Of a DNA stretch of 64,000 nt, positions 39,092 to 48,858 are shown piece after piece. The DNA is taken from assembly GCA_963814585.1 (NCBI GenBank), contig CAWFDF010000003.1:416001-480000 (forward strand), given 5' to 3'. This DNA comes from an uncultured delta proteobacterium (lineage in GTDB: Bacteria > Myxococcota > Myxococcia > Myxococcales > Anaeromyxobacteraceae). The stretch's first letter is position 1. Each line of letters begins with the position of its first letter. The notes below the pieces were generated by a model that had not been told where the DNA came from, ran no database searches, and saw nothing but the letters and a program-made list of their open reading frames with translations. Made by a program: the position numbers and the translations under genes.

Positions 39092-42000
39092 TCAGGCCTT
39101 CCGGACGTCGACCAGGAACGCCTTGAACTCGGGCGTCTGGATGTTGGCGTCGCCGATGAACGGCGTCAGCGTGTTGGTGAGGTGGCCGGGCTTGGTGAGC
39201 CCCTCGTACCCCCAGTGGATGGGCAGGCCGACGGTGTGGACCTCCCGTCCCTCGATCTTCAGGACGTGGATGCGCTTGGTGACCAGGGCCTTGACCTTGA
39301 TGAGGCCCCGCTTCGACTTGATCGCCACCAGGTCGCCGTTCTTGATGCCCCGCAGGCTGGCCAGCTCCTCGCCGATCTCGGCGAACGCCTCCGGCTGCAG
39401 CACCGCCGCGATGCGGGTGTGCTTGGTCCAGAAGTGGAAGTGCTCGGTGAGCCGGTAGGTGGTGGCCACGAAGGGGAACTCCTTGGCCTGCCCGAGCCGC
39501 TCCCGGTCCCCCTTGTAGAGCCGCGCCGCCGGGTTGGAGAGCGTCTTCACCCCGCCCTTGGGCGAGAAGGGGTTGGAGCCGAGCGGCGTCTCGAAGGGCT
39601 CGTAGTGCTCGGGGAAGGGCCCCTCGGCCATGCCGCCGAGCGCGAAGAGCCGCCCCACCCCCTCGTTGGTCATGATGAAGGGGGACATCCCGTCCTCGGG
39701 CGGCGAGTCGACCTTGAAGTCGGGGACGTCGGGGCCGACCCACTTCTTGCCGTTCCAGGAGAGGTACTTGCGCTTCGGGTCCCACGGCTTGCCGGCCGGG
39801 TCGGCCGAGGCGCGGTTGTAGAGGATGCGGCGGTTGGCCGGCCAGGACCAGGCCCAGCCGGGCGTGTTGCCGAGCCCGGTCGGATCGGCGGCGTCGCGCC
39901 GGGCCATCTGGTTGCCGTTCTGGGTCCAGCTGCCGGTGTAGATCCAGCAGCCGGCCGAGGTGGTGCCGTCGGCCTGCAGGTGGGCGAAGGTGGCCAGCTG
40001 CTCCCCCTCCTTGGCCAGGGTCTTGGTCTTGTCCTTGGGGTCGGGGATGTCGGCCAGCGCCTTGCCGTTGACCTCGCGAGCCACCTCCTCCGGCGACGGG
40101 GCGTGCGGCTTGGCGTAGGGCCAGGGGAGCTTGACGATGGGGTCGGGGAAGGTGCCGCCCTCCTTCTTGTAGAGCTCCCGGAGCGCCTGGAAGATGCCGG
40201 CCATGACGTCGATGTCGGGGCGGGCCTCGCCGGGCGGCTCGGCCGCCTTCCAGTGCCACTGCAGCTGCCGGCTGCTGTTGGTGAGCGACCCGTCCTCCTC
40301 GGCGAAGCAGGTGGTGGGGAGCCGGAAGACCTCGGTCTGGATCGACTTGCTGTCGACGTCGTTGAACTCGCCGTGGTTCTGCCAGAAGGTCGAGGTCTCG
40401 GTGACCAGCGGGTCGATCACCACCAGGTACTTGAGCTTGGAGAGCGCGGGGATGAGCTTGCCCTTGTCCGGCACGGAGGCCAGCGGGTTGAAGCCCTGGC
40501 AGAAGTAGCCGTTGATCTTCCCCTGGTACATCAGCTCGAAGGTGGCGAGGATGTCGTAGGTCTTGTCGTTCTTGGGGAGCCAGTCGAAGCGGAAGTCGTT
40601 CTCCTTCTGCGCCTCGGCCCCGAACCAGGCCTTGAGCAGCGAGACGAAGAACTTGGGGAAGTTCTGCAGGTAGTTCATCTGCCCGGGGCGCACCGCCTTG
40701 GGTGTCCGCTTCTCCAGGAACGTCTTGAGGTCCGGCTCCTTCTCGGTGGGCAGCCCGAGGTAGCCGGGGAGCAGGTGGCTCATGACGCCGAGGTCGGTGA
40801 GCCCCTGGATGTTGGAGTGGCCGCGCAGCGCGTTGACGCCTCCGCCGGGCATCCCCATGTTGCCGAGCAGCAGCTGGATGCAGGCGATGGCGCGGATGTT
40901 CTGCGAGCCGACGGTGTGCTGGGTCCAGCCGAGCGCGTAGAGGCTGGTCATCACCTTGTCGGGCGCCGACGTCGAGCCGATGAGCTTGCAGATCTCCAGG
41001 AAGTCGGCGGCGGGGACGCCGGTGGTGCGGGCCACCAGCTCCGGCGTGTAGCGGGCATAGTGGCGCTTCATGGCCTGGTAGACGCAGGCCGGATCCTGCA
41101 GCGTCGGGTCGATCTTGGCCTGGCCGTCCTTGTCGACCTGGTACTTCCAGGTGGCCTTGTCGTAGCTGCGCTTGGCCTCGTCGTAGCCGGTGAAGAGCCC
41201 GTCGTCGAAGCCGAACCCGGGATCGACGAGGAAGGCGGCGTTGGTGTAGCTGCGGACGTACTCCTTCTGGACGAGGTCGTTCTCCAGCAGGTGGTGGATG
41301 ACGCCGCCGAGGAAGGCGATGTCGGTGCCGGGCCGGAGCTGCGCGAACTTGTCGGCCACCGCCGCGGTCCGCGTGAAGCGCGGATCGACCACGATGAGCC
41401 GGGCCTTGTTCTTGATCTTGGCCTCGATCACCCACTTGAAGCCGCAGGGGTGGGCCTCGGCGGGGTTGCCGCCCATCACCAGCACCACGTCGGCGTTCTT
41501 GATGTCCGCCCAGTGGTTCGTCATCGCGCCACGGCCGAAGGAGGGGGCCAGACCGGCCACCGTGGGGCCGTGTCAAACGCGCGCTTGGTTGTCCAGGGCG
41601 GTCATCCCCATGGCGCGGATGACCTTGTTGGTGATGTAGCCCGACTCGTTGGAGGAGGCCGACGCCGCCAGGAAGGCGACGCTGGTCCAGCGGTTGACGG
41701 TGACCTCGCCGCTCTTCTGCAGGAAGTTCCTGTCGCGATCGTCCTTCATGAGCCGCGCGATCCGCCCCAGCGCGAAGTCCCAGCTGACGCGCTTCCACTC
41801 GGTCTCGCCGGGGCCGCGGTGCTCGGGGTACCTGAGCCGGTTGGGGCTCTTGACGAAGTCGAGGAGCGCAGCGCCCTTGGGGCAGAGCGTGCCGCGGTTG
41901 ACCGGGTGATCGGGGTCGCCCTCGACGTGGATGATCTCGGTGCGGGCGTTCTTGGCCTTGTCGCCGAGGCCGTAGAGGATGACGCCGCAGCCAACCGAGC

Positions 42001-42157
42001 AGTACGGGCAGGTGTTGCGGGTCTCCGAGGTGCGCGCCAGCTTGAACTGCCTCACCTCGGCGAGGGTGCGGCCGGGCGAGAAGCCGAGGGCGACCAGGCT
42101 GCTGCCGGCCAGCCCTCCGGCGGTGACCTTCATGAACTGTCTGCGAGTGACGGTCAT
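39092..42157 (-). CDS. fdnG: Formate dehydrogenase-N alpha subunit, selenocysteine-containing, Tat-exported
   Basis: Two ORFs join in frame through TGA at 41573-41575 (DNQARV-U-HGPTV); TRRQFMK Tat motif; CPYCSVGC. Confidence 0.96.
41544..41572 (-). promoter_or_regulatory. Canonical bacterial SECIS element of fdnG
   Basis: UGA-CACGGCCCCAC-GG-U-GGCCGGUCUGGCC-CC, closely resembling the E. coli fdhF SECIS with a bulged U and GU in the loop. Confidence 0.9.
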
Positions 42158-42489
42158 GTGCAGGTCCTCCTGCGGCGATGTGCCGCCATGCTAGGCACGC
42201 GCGCAGCGAGATCGAAAGGGGCGATTGCCGGCCTGGGCGGCTTGATGGGAGACGCGGTGCGGCATGGCGCGGCCGCGTGCGGCCCGGGCCGGCCCCGCTC
42301 CCGCGGGAGCCCAGGCCTCCGGCGAGCCGCTGGCCGGATCGGGCGGGGGCGGCTCCCGGGCGCGCCGCCCTCCCACGTCGGCGGTGGGTCCAGATCCCCC
42401 GGACAGGGGCCCGTTCCCCGGGTAAGCTACCGGTCGTCCCGCTCGAGCCATCCGTCCGGCCACACGACCCAGCATCCCGGGAGCCCCGC

Positions 42490-43461
42490 ATGCGCCGCCT
42501 CCTCGCCGCCCTCGCCCTCACCGCGTTCGCCGCCCTCCCCGCCGCCTCGCCCGCGCTGGAGGTGGTCCGGCTCGGCAACCTCAAGTTCGCCCACTACGGG
42601 GCCGTCTCCAACATGAAGGAGGTCTGCAAGAAGTACGGCCTCGACGTGCAGGAGACCGTCTTCCCCAAGGGCATCGACATCTTCCCGGCCCTGGTGAAGG
42701 GCGAGGTGGACCTGGCCGCCTCGGCCGCCGACGCCGCCATCGCCAACCGCACCGGCGGCGGGAAGGTCTACGTGGTGGCCGGCTTCGCCAGGGGCGGCGC
42801 CCGGATGGTCTCGCGCGCCGACCTGGCGCTGAAGACGGCGGCGCAGCTCAAGGGCCGCAAGGTGGGCGTGGCCCGCGGCGGCGCCCAGGAGCTGTTGCTG
42901 CTCGCCGAGCTGGCCAAGGCCGGCCTGACCTGGTCGGACAAGGAGGGCAAGGACGTCCAGATCGTCTACCTGCCCTTCGCCGACCTGAACCAGGCGCTGC
43001 TGCAGAAGCAGATCGACGCCATGTGCCAGTCCGAGCCGCAGTCGTCGCAGGCCATCAACAAGGGCTTCGGCGCGGAGATGTTCAAGCCCTACGACACGCC
43101 GCTCGGCGAGCCGGTGCGGGTGCTGGTGATGACCGAGAAGCTCTACCGCGAGAAGCCGGCGGTGGCGCAGAAGGTGCTGGAGTGCTTCGTCGACTCGACC
43201 CGCGCCTTCATCCAGGATCCCAGGGCGGCGGAGAAGTTCGTGGTGGAGCAGATGTTCAAGGGCCAGATCACCGCGGTCGACTTCCAGGACGCCATCGCCA
43301 ACTCGCCCTACAGCTACGACGTCACCGTCGAGCACATCCAGGTCACCACCGACCTGATGGTGAAGTACGGGGTGGGCAAGCTGGCCAACCCGCCCAGGGC
43401 GGCCGACTGGGTGAAGCTGGACCTGCTCCAGCAGGCCAAGGCCAAGCTGGGCGTGAAGTAG
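42490..43461 (+). CDS. NitT/TauT (SsuA/NMT1-like) ABC substrate-binding protein
   Basis: Signal peptide, LKGRKVGVARGG, QIDAMCQSEP. Confidence 0.85.
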   Translation: MRRLLAALALTAFAALPAASPALEVVRLGNLKFAHYGAVSNMKEVCKKYGLDVQETVFPKGIDIFPALVKGEVDLAASAADAAIANRTGGGKVYVVAGFARGGARMVSRADLALKTAAQLKGRKVGVARGGAQELLLLAELAKAGLTWSDKEGKDVQIVYLPFADLNQALLQKQIDAMCQSEPQSSQAINKGFGAEMFKPYDTPLGEPVRVLVMTEKLYREKPAVAQKVLECFVDSTRAFIQDPRAAEKFVVEQMFKGQITAVDFQDAIANSPYSYDVTVEHIQVTTDLMVKYGVGKLANPPRAADWVKLDLLQQAKAKLGVK

Positions 43462-43468
43462 CGGCGCG

Positions 43469-44284
43469 ATGGGGAGCGCGGCGCGGCTGGTCCGATCGCT
43501 GGCGGTGCCGGTCACGCTGCTGCTGGCGTGGGAGGGGATCTCCCTGGCCGGCTGGGTGACGCCGCTCATCCTGCCCTCACCGACGGCGGTGGCGGTCCGC
43601 TGGTGGGCCTACCTCACCCCCCTGGAGCCCTTCGCGGCCGAGGCCGGGCCCTGGTGGCGCTGGGCCATCTCCGGCGAGCTCCCCCACGACGTCTTCACCT
43701 CGCTGATGCGCATCGCGGTCGGCTTCGGCATCGGGGCCGGGCTGGCGCTCCCGCTCGGCCTGGTCATGGGCGCCCGCCCGCTGGTCTACGAGCTCTTCAA
43801 CCCGGTGCTGCAGGTGCTGCGGCCCATCCCGCCCATCGCCTACATCCCGCTCGCCATCCTCTGGTTCGGCCTCGGCAACCCGCCCGCCTTCTTCCTCATC
43901 TCGCTGGGCGCCTTCTTCCCGGTGCTGATGAACACCATCGCCGGGGTCCGGTCCGTCGACGCCATCTACCTGCGCGCGGCGCGCAACCTGGGCGCCGGCG
44001 AGGGGACGCTCTTCTGGCGGGTGATGATCCCGGCCGCCATGCCCTACATCCTCACCGGCATCCGCGTCGGCATCGGCGTGGCCTTCATCGTGGTCATCGT
44101 GGCCGAGATGATCGCGGTGAACACCGGGCTCGGCTACCGCATCCTCGAGGCCCGCGAGTACTTCTGGTCGGACAAGGTGATCGCCGGGATGATCACCATC
44201 GGCCTGTGCGGCCTCGGCATCGACCTGGGCATGAGCCGGCTCAACGGCTGGCTGCTGCGCTGGCACCGCGGGGTGGAAGGGTGA
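43469..44284 (+). CDS. NitT/TauT ABC permease
   Basis: LRPIPPIAYIPLAILWFG, AARNLGA, VAEM. Confidence 0.92.
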   Translation: MGSAARLVRSLAVPVTLLLAWEGISLAGWVTPLILPSPTAVAVRWWAYLTPLEPFAAEAGPWWRWAISGELPHDVFTSLMRIAVGFGIGAGLALPLGLVMGARPLVYELFNPVLQVLRPIPPIAYIPLAILWFGLGNPPAFFLISLGAFFPVLMNTIAGVRSVDAIYLRAARNLGAGEGTLFWRVMIPAAMPYILTGIRVGIGVAFIVVIVAEMIAVNTGLGYRILEAREYFWSDKVIAGMITIGLCGLGIDLGMSRLNGWLLRWHRGVEG

Positions 44285-45081
44285 CCGCCGTCGCGCCGGC
44301 CATCCGTGCCCGCGGCGTCCGCAAGGTCTTCTCCACCGGCGGGCGGGAGGTGGTGGCGCTCGACGGCATCGACCTCGAGGTGGCGCCGGGCGAGCTGGTC
44401 TGCTTGCTCGGCCCCTCCGGCTGCGGGAAGTCGACGCTGCTCAACGCCATCGCCGGCTTCTCCCTGCCCAGCTCCGGCGAGCTGACCGCGCTGGGGAGGA
44501 CGGTCACCGGCCCCGGCCCGGAGCGGGCCATGGTCTTCCAGGAGTACGCCCTCTTCCCCTGGATGACCGTGGAGCGCAACGTCGCCTTCGGGCTGGAGGT
44601 GGCCGGCGCGGCCCCGGATCGCATCGCCTCGGTGGTCGGCGCGCTGCTGGCCAAGCTCGGCCTCGGCGACTTCCGCGACCGCTACCCCAAGGACCTCTCC
44701 GGCGGCATGCGGCAGCGGGTGGCCATCGCCCGCGTGCTGGCCATCGACTCGCCCATGCTGCTCATGGACGAGCCGTTCGGCGCCCTCGACGCCCTCACCC
44801 GCCGCTCCCTGCAGGACGAGCTGCTGCGCATCTGGGCCGAGCTGAGGAAGACCATCGTCTTCGTCACCCACGGCATCGAGGAGTCGATCTACCTGGCCGA
44901 CCGGGTGGTGGTGATGACCTACCGCCCCGGCACGGTGAAGCGGATCATCCCGGTGACGCTGCCGCGCCCGCGCGATCCGGCCAGCCCGGAGTTCAACGCG
45001 CTCAAGCGCGAGGTCACGGCGCTGGTGATGGAGGAGCAGGCCCGTCACCAGGCCGACGAGGCGCGCGCCACGGCGGACTGA
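44281..45081 (+). CDS. NitT/TauT ABC ATPase
   Basis: [35 protein letters not shown]. Confidence 0.93.
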   Translation: MTAVAPAIRARGVRKVFSTGGREVVALDGIDLEVAPGELVCLLGPSGCGKSTLLNAIAGFSLPSSGELTALGRTVTGPGPERAMVFQEYALFPWMTVERNVAFGLEVAGAAPDRIASVVGALLAKLGLGDFRDRYPKDLSGGMRQRVAIARVLAIDSPMLLMDEPFGALDALTRRSLQDELLRIWAELRKTIVFVTHGIEESIYLADRVVVMTYRPGTVKRIIPVTLPRPRDPASPEFNALKREVTALVMEEQARHQADEARATAD

Positions 45082-45149
45082 AGCGGCCGGATCCGGCCGG
45101 CCCGGCTCGCTTGCCGTTCCGGCTGATGTCGCACTTCGAGGAGGATGCC

Positions 45150-45509
45150 ATGCTCCGTGGTCTCGCCGTGCTGCTCGCGTTCCAGCTGGCCGGGGAGGTG
45201 CTGGGCCACCTCCTCTCCCTGCCCGTCCCCGGCCCGGTGGTGGGCATGGTGCTCCTGCTCGCGGCGCTGGAGCTGCGCCTTCCCCAGCGGGACGGGCTGC
45301 GGGCCGCCTCCGGCGGCCTGCTGGCCGTGCTGTCGCTGCTCTTCGTGCCCGCCGGGGTGGGCGTCGTGCAGCACCTGCCGCGCCTGGCCGCCGAGTGGCC
45401 GGCCCTGGGGGCGGCGCTGCTCGTCAGCACCGCGGCCACCCTGGCCGTCACCGGCTGGGTCGCCGCCCGCCTGCTGCGCCGGCCCGCGGCCGGCGGGGAG
45501 CGGGCATGA
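45150..45509 (+). CDS. lrgA: CidA/LrgA-family protein
   Basis: PVPGPVVGMVLL, LLFVPAGVGV; GAGGAGG RBS. Confidence 0.9.
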   Translation: MLRGLAVLLAFQLAGEVLGHLLSLPVPGPVVGMVLLLAALELRLPQRDGLRAASGGLLAVLSLLFVPAGVGVVQHLPRLAAEWPALGAALLVSTAATLAVTGWVAARLLRRPAAGGERA

Positions 45510-46228
45510 GCTCGCGACTCGCCGAGACCTGGGTCTACCTGGCCCAGAGCCCGCTCCTCTGGCTGGCCCTCACGGTGGTCACCTACTCGGGCGGCGAGGC
45601 GCTCTACCGGCGCCTCGGCCGCCACCCGCTGGTCCACCCCGTGCTCACCTCGGTGGTCACCCTGGTGGCGCTGCTGCTCGCCAGCCGGACGCCCTACCCG
45701 CGCTTCTTCGAGGGGGCCCAGTTCATCCACTTCCTGCTCGGGCCGGGCATCGTGGCGCTGGCCGTCCCCCTCCACCGCGAGCTGCACCGCGAGCGGGCGC
45801 TGGCGCTGCCGCTCTCGGCGTCGCTGCTGGCCGGCTCGGTGACCGCGGTGGTGACGGCGGTCCTCACCGCGCGGCTCCTCGGCGCCTCGCACGAGACGCT
45901 GCTGTCGCTCGCCCCCAAGTCGGCCACCGCGCCGGTGGCCATGGGGATCGCCGAGAAGCTGGGCGGGCTGCCCTCGCTGGCGGCGTCGCTGGTGCTCCTC
46001 ACCGGCGTGCTCGGCGCCGTCATCGGCCCGCCCCTGCTGCGCCGCCTGCGGGTCACCGACCCGGCGGCCACCGGCTTCGCGCTCGGCGTGGCCTCGCACG
46101 GGCTGGGCACGGCCCGCGCCTTCGAGCTGGGGGAGACGGCCGGCGCCTTCTCCGGCCTGGGCATGGGGCTCAACGCGCTGGCGACCTCGATCCTGGTGCC
46201 GCCGCTGGTGGGGTGGTTGATGAGGTAG
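45506..46228 (+). CDS. lrgB: LrgB-family protein
   Basis: LLGPGIVALAVPL, PKSATAPVA, SHGLGTA. Confidence 0.92.
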   Translation: MSSRLAETWVYLAQSPLLWLALTVVTYSGGEALYRRLGRHPLVHPVLTSVVTLVALLLASRTPYPRFFEGAQFIHFLLGPGIVALAVPLHRELHRERALALPLSASLLAGSVTAVVTAVLTARLLGASHETLLSLAPKSATAPVAMGIAEKLGGLPSLAASLVLLTGVLGAVIGPPLLRRLRVTDPAATGFALGVASHGLGTARAFELGETAGAFSGLGMGLNALATSILVPPLVGWLMR

Positions 46229-46262
46229 GTCGCGGGTGGTGCCGGTGGGTGGCGCCGACGGC

Positions 46263-46415
46263 CGGGCACGCGCTGGCGGTCATGGACCAGCGCTGGCCGA
46301 TGGCGAGCGAGAGGCGCGGCGAGGGGCTGCGTGGACGGGCGCGCGCTGGCGGACATGGACCGGCGCTGGTCGATGGCGAGCGAGAGGCGCGGCGAGGGGG
46401 CTGCGTGGACGGGCG
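46263..46415. repeat. Two imperfect 73-bp tandem repeats
   Basis: CGGGC(A/G)CGCGCTGGCGG(T/A)CATGGACC...GAGCGAGAGGCGCGGCGAGGGG(G)CTGCGTGGA at 46263 and 46336. Confidence 0.85.
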
Positions 46416-46457
46416 GTGCCGCGAAGGGCGCGACCGGTGCATTGCGCTGGCGTGGAC

Positions 46458-46547
46458 GTGGCGGTGGCGGTGGCGGTGGCGGTGGCGGTGGCGGTGGCGG
46501 TGGCGGTGGCGGTGGCGGTGGCGGTGGCGGTGGCGGTGGCGGTGGCG
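46458..46547. repeat. Perfect hexamer microsatellite (GTGGCG)15
   Basis: Counted directly: 15 units, 90 bp. Confidence 0.95.
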
Positions 46548-46637
46548 GAGCTGCCCTTGCTCGGCGTGGTCGTCAAGAGTCGGCGGCGCAGAATGGGCGT
46601 CCCTATTGGGTTTCATGCCCTTCCGCCGCCCCGAGAA

Positions 46638-46666
46638 TGTCAGACCCGCGTGAGACGATCCGTGAA
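46638..46666 (+). promoter_or_regulatory. Putative PafBC/RecA-NDp-like leaderless promoter
   Basis: TGTCAG-N10-GACGAT-N6-ATG; no Shine-Dalgarno sequence. Confidence 0.45.
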
Positions 46667-47949
46667 TGCTCGCCACCGCCCATCCGACCCCGTCCTCGGC
46701 CGCGGCTCTCGCTCACGCTCCGGCCACCCCCGCTCTCGAGCTCCTGGAAGCACGGCAGCAGCGTGATGCCCTGAAGGCCCTCCTGCGGAGGGAGCAGGCC
46801 GCCATGGCGGACTTCCTCATCGCGCTGGCCGACTTCGACGCCCACCGCGGCTGGGAGGCGCTGGGCCACGCCAACCTCTTCGCATTCATCAACGCCGAGC
46901 TGGGACTTTCGCCGGACCCGACCTACTGGCGGCAGGAGGCGGCGCGCCTGCTCCGGCGGTTCCCGGACCTCGTCGAGCCCCTCCGGCGGGGCGTGATCTG
47001 CCTCACCACGATGGCCGAGCTTGCCAAGGTGCTGACCGAGGAGAACAAGGAGTCGGTCCTACCTCGCTTCCTCGGTATCTCCTCGCGGGAGGCCAAGGAG
47101 ATCGTGGTCGAGCTGCGGCCCCGCGAGGCACCGGCCACGCGAACCGTGGTGACGCGCCTGCCGAGAGCGGAGCCGGTCTCGACTGACGTCGTCCACCGTG
47201 GCTCCTACCCATCGACGGTCGAAGCCTCACCGCCCTGTCCGGCGCCAGCGGCCGTGTCCCAGCCGGCCCTCTCGCAGCCCACCCCGACGGGAGCCCCTCC
47301 TTCGCAACTTTGGGCGCCCAAAGTGGATTTCGGGGGAGTCGCCGGGCCGGTCGCCAGGCGCGATGAGATCGAGCCGCTCTCGATGGACCGGAGCCGGCTC
47401 CACGTCAGCGTCAGCCGCCAGTTCACGAGGAAGCTGGAGACGGCGCGCCGGGGCCTCGGCCATACCATCCCACACGCCACCATCGAGCAAGCGCTGGAGG
47501 CGGCGCTCGACCTGCTCCTCGAGAAGCAGGCCAGGGCGCGAGGGCAGGCGAGGCGACCGCGGGCCACTCTCCCCGCCACGGCGTCCCCCGACGATGGTGC
47601 TGGTGCAAGATCCGACCGGGACGGCCGCGGAGTGTTGGCCGCATCCGCAGCACCGCTGGAGCTCCCGCACTCTCCGCCGCCCCCCGCACGGCGTACGGGC
47701 TCGCGCGCCGCCATCCCGGCCGCGGTGAAGCGCGCGGTCTGGCAGCGCGACGGTGGCCGCTGCTCCTGGCCGCTCGACTCGAGCGGCGTCTGCGGCTCCA
47801 CGCAGCGGCTGGAGTTCGATCACGTCAAGCCGTGGGCGCGCCATGGTGAGCCGACCGTCGCGAATCTCCGGGTCGTCTGCCGCGCCCACAACGCCGTGGC
47901 GGCGCGCCGGGAGTTCGGGGCCCACTGCGTGGACCGCTACGCCGGCTAG
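46666..47949 (+). CDS. HNH endonuclease with DUF222-like helical N-terminal region
   Basis: IPAAVKRAVWQRDGGRC...C...LEFDHVKPWARHG...NLRVVCRAHN; codon usage visibly less GC3-biased than the neighbours. Confidence 0.85.
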   Translation: MLATAHPTPSSAAALAHAPATPALELLEARQQRDALKALLRREQAAMADFLIALADFDAHRGWEALGHANLFAFINAELGLSPDPTYWRQEAARLLRRFPDLVEPLRRGVICLTTMAELAKVLTEENKESVLPRFLGISSREAKEIVVELRPREAPATRTVVTRLPRAEPVSTDVVHRGSYPSTVEASPPCPAPAAVSQPALSQPTPTGAPPSQLWAPKVDFGGVAGPVARRDEIEPLSMDRSRLHVSVSRQFTRKLETARRGLGHTIPHATIEQALEAALDLLLEKQARARGQARRPRATLPATASPDDGAGARSDRDGRGVLAASAAPLELPHSPPPPARRTGSRAAIPAAVKRAVWQRDGGRCSWPLDSSGVCGSTQRLEFDHVKPWARHGEPTVANLRVVCRAHNAVAARREFGAHCVDRYAG

Positions 47950-48106
47950 GCGGCGACCTGGCCTGAGGCGCGCCAGCGGCGATCGCCACCGACCCCTGTT
48001 TCGCCTCCAGGACGAAGTGGCCTCCTTGTAGAGGTCCGGATCCACAAGCGACCGCTGACCTCCCCGCCCTACCGCTCCGGCGCCGGGCGGGACTAGACTC
48101 CGCCGC

Positions 48107-48853
48107 ATGCCGAAGGTCGCGCTCTTCGTTCCCTGCTACGTCGACCAGCTCTACCCGCAGGTGGCCGTGGCCACGCTCCGGCTCCTCGAGCGCCACGGCT
48201 GCACCGTCGAGTTCCCCGAGGCCCAGACCTGCTGCGGGCAGCCCATGTCCAACTCGGGCGAGGCGGCCGCTGCGGCGCCGCTGTGCGCCCACTTCCTCGA
48301 CACCTTCCGGGGCCACGAGTACGTGGTGGCGCCCAGCGGGAGCTGCGTCGGCATGGTGCGCCACCAGTTCCCCGGCCTGGTGCCGGACCACCCGGCGCTC
48401 GAGCAGGTCCGGAGCGCCACCTTCGAGCTCTGCGAGTTCCTCCACGACGTCCTCGGCGTGCGCCAGGTGGCCGGGCGCTTCCCCCGCACCGTCGGCCTGC
48501 ACCGCAGCTGCCACGCCCAGCGGGAGCTGCGCCTCGCCAGCGGCAGCGAGCGGCAGGTGGCGCCTTTCGACAAGGTGAAGACGCTGCTCGGCTCGCTCGA
48601 CGGCATCAGGCTGGTGGAGCCGGCCCGCGGCGACGAGTGCTGCGGCTTCGGCGGCACCTTCGCGGTCGCGGAGGAGGCGGTCTCCTGCCTGATGGGGCGC
48701 GACCGGCTCGACGAGCACGCCCGCGCCGGCGCCGAGGTGATCACCGGCGTCGACATGAGCTGCCTGATGCACCTGGAGGGGCTGGCCCGGCGCGAGGGGC
48801 GCCCGGTCCGCATCCTCCACGCCGCCGAGGTGCTGCTCGGGGAGGCGGCCTGA
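48107..48853 (+). CDS. lutA: Lactate utilization protein A (CCG domains)
   Basis: FVPCYVD, QTCCGQP, PSGSC, ECCGFGGTF, DMSCLMH. Confidence 0.92.
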   Translation: MPKVALFVPCYVDQLYPQVAVATLRLLERHGCTVEFPEAQTCCGQPMSNSGEAAAAAPLCAHFLDTFRGHEYVVAPSGSCVGMVRHQFPGLVPDHPALEQVRSATFELCEFLHDVLGVRQVAGRFPRTVGLHRSCHAQRELRLASGSERQVAPFDKVKTLLGSLDGIRLVEPARGDECCGFGGTFAVAEEAVSCLMGRDRLDEHARAGAEVITGVDMSCLMHLEGLARREGRPVRILHAAEVLLGEAA

Positions 48854-48858
48854 CCCAC

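Noticed and set aside
42158..42489. Possible riboswitch (Moco, SAM or TPP) between fdnG and the ABC transporter
   Set aside because: Only GC-rich hairpins; no conserved aptamer core recognised by eye. An Rfam scan would settle it.
46263..46547. Possible CRISPR array next to a nuclease gene
   Set aside because: The repeats are contiguous tandem copies without unique spacers, and there are no cas genes.
45145..46774. ORFs containing poly-WR, poly-VA, poly-G or poly-TA stretches
   Set aside because: They are translations of the (GTGGCG)15 microsatellite, with no independent coding evidence.
46666..47949. HNH protein as an IscB, Cas9 or TnpB-like RNA-guided nuclease
   Set aside because: No PLMP motif or split RuvC motifs are recognisable; only a C-terminal HNH domain.
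48027..48048. TTGT-N14-ACAA upstream of lutA as a Rex or LldR operator
   Set aside because: Spacing and interior do not match either consensus; weak palindrome.
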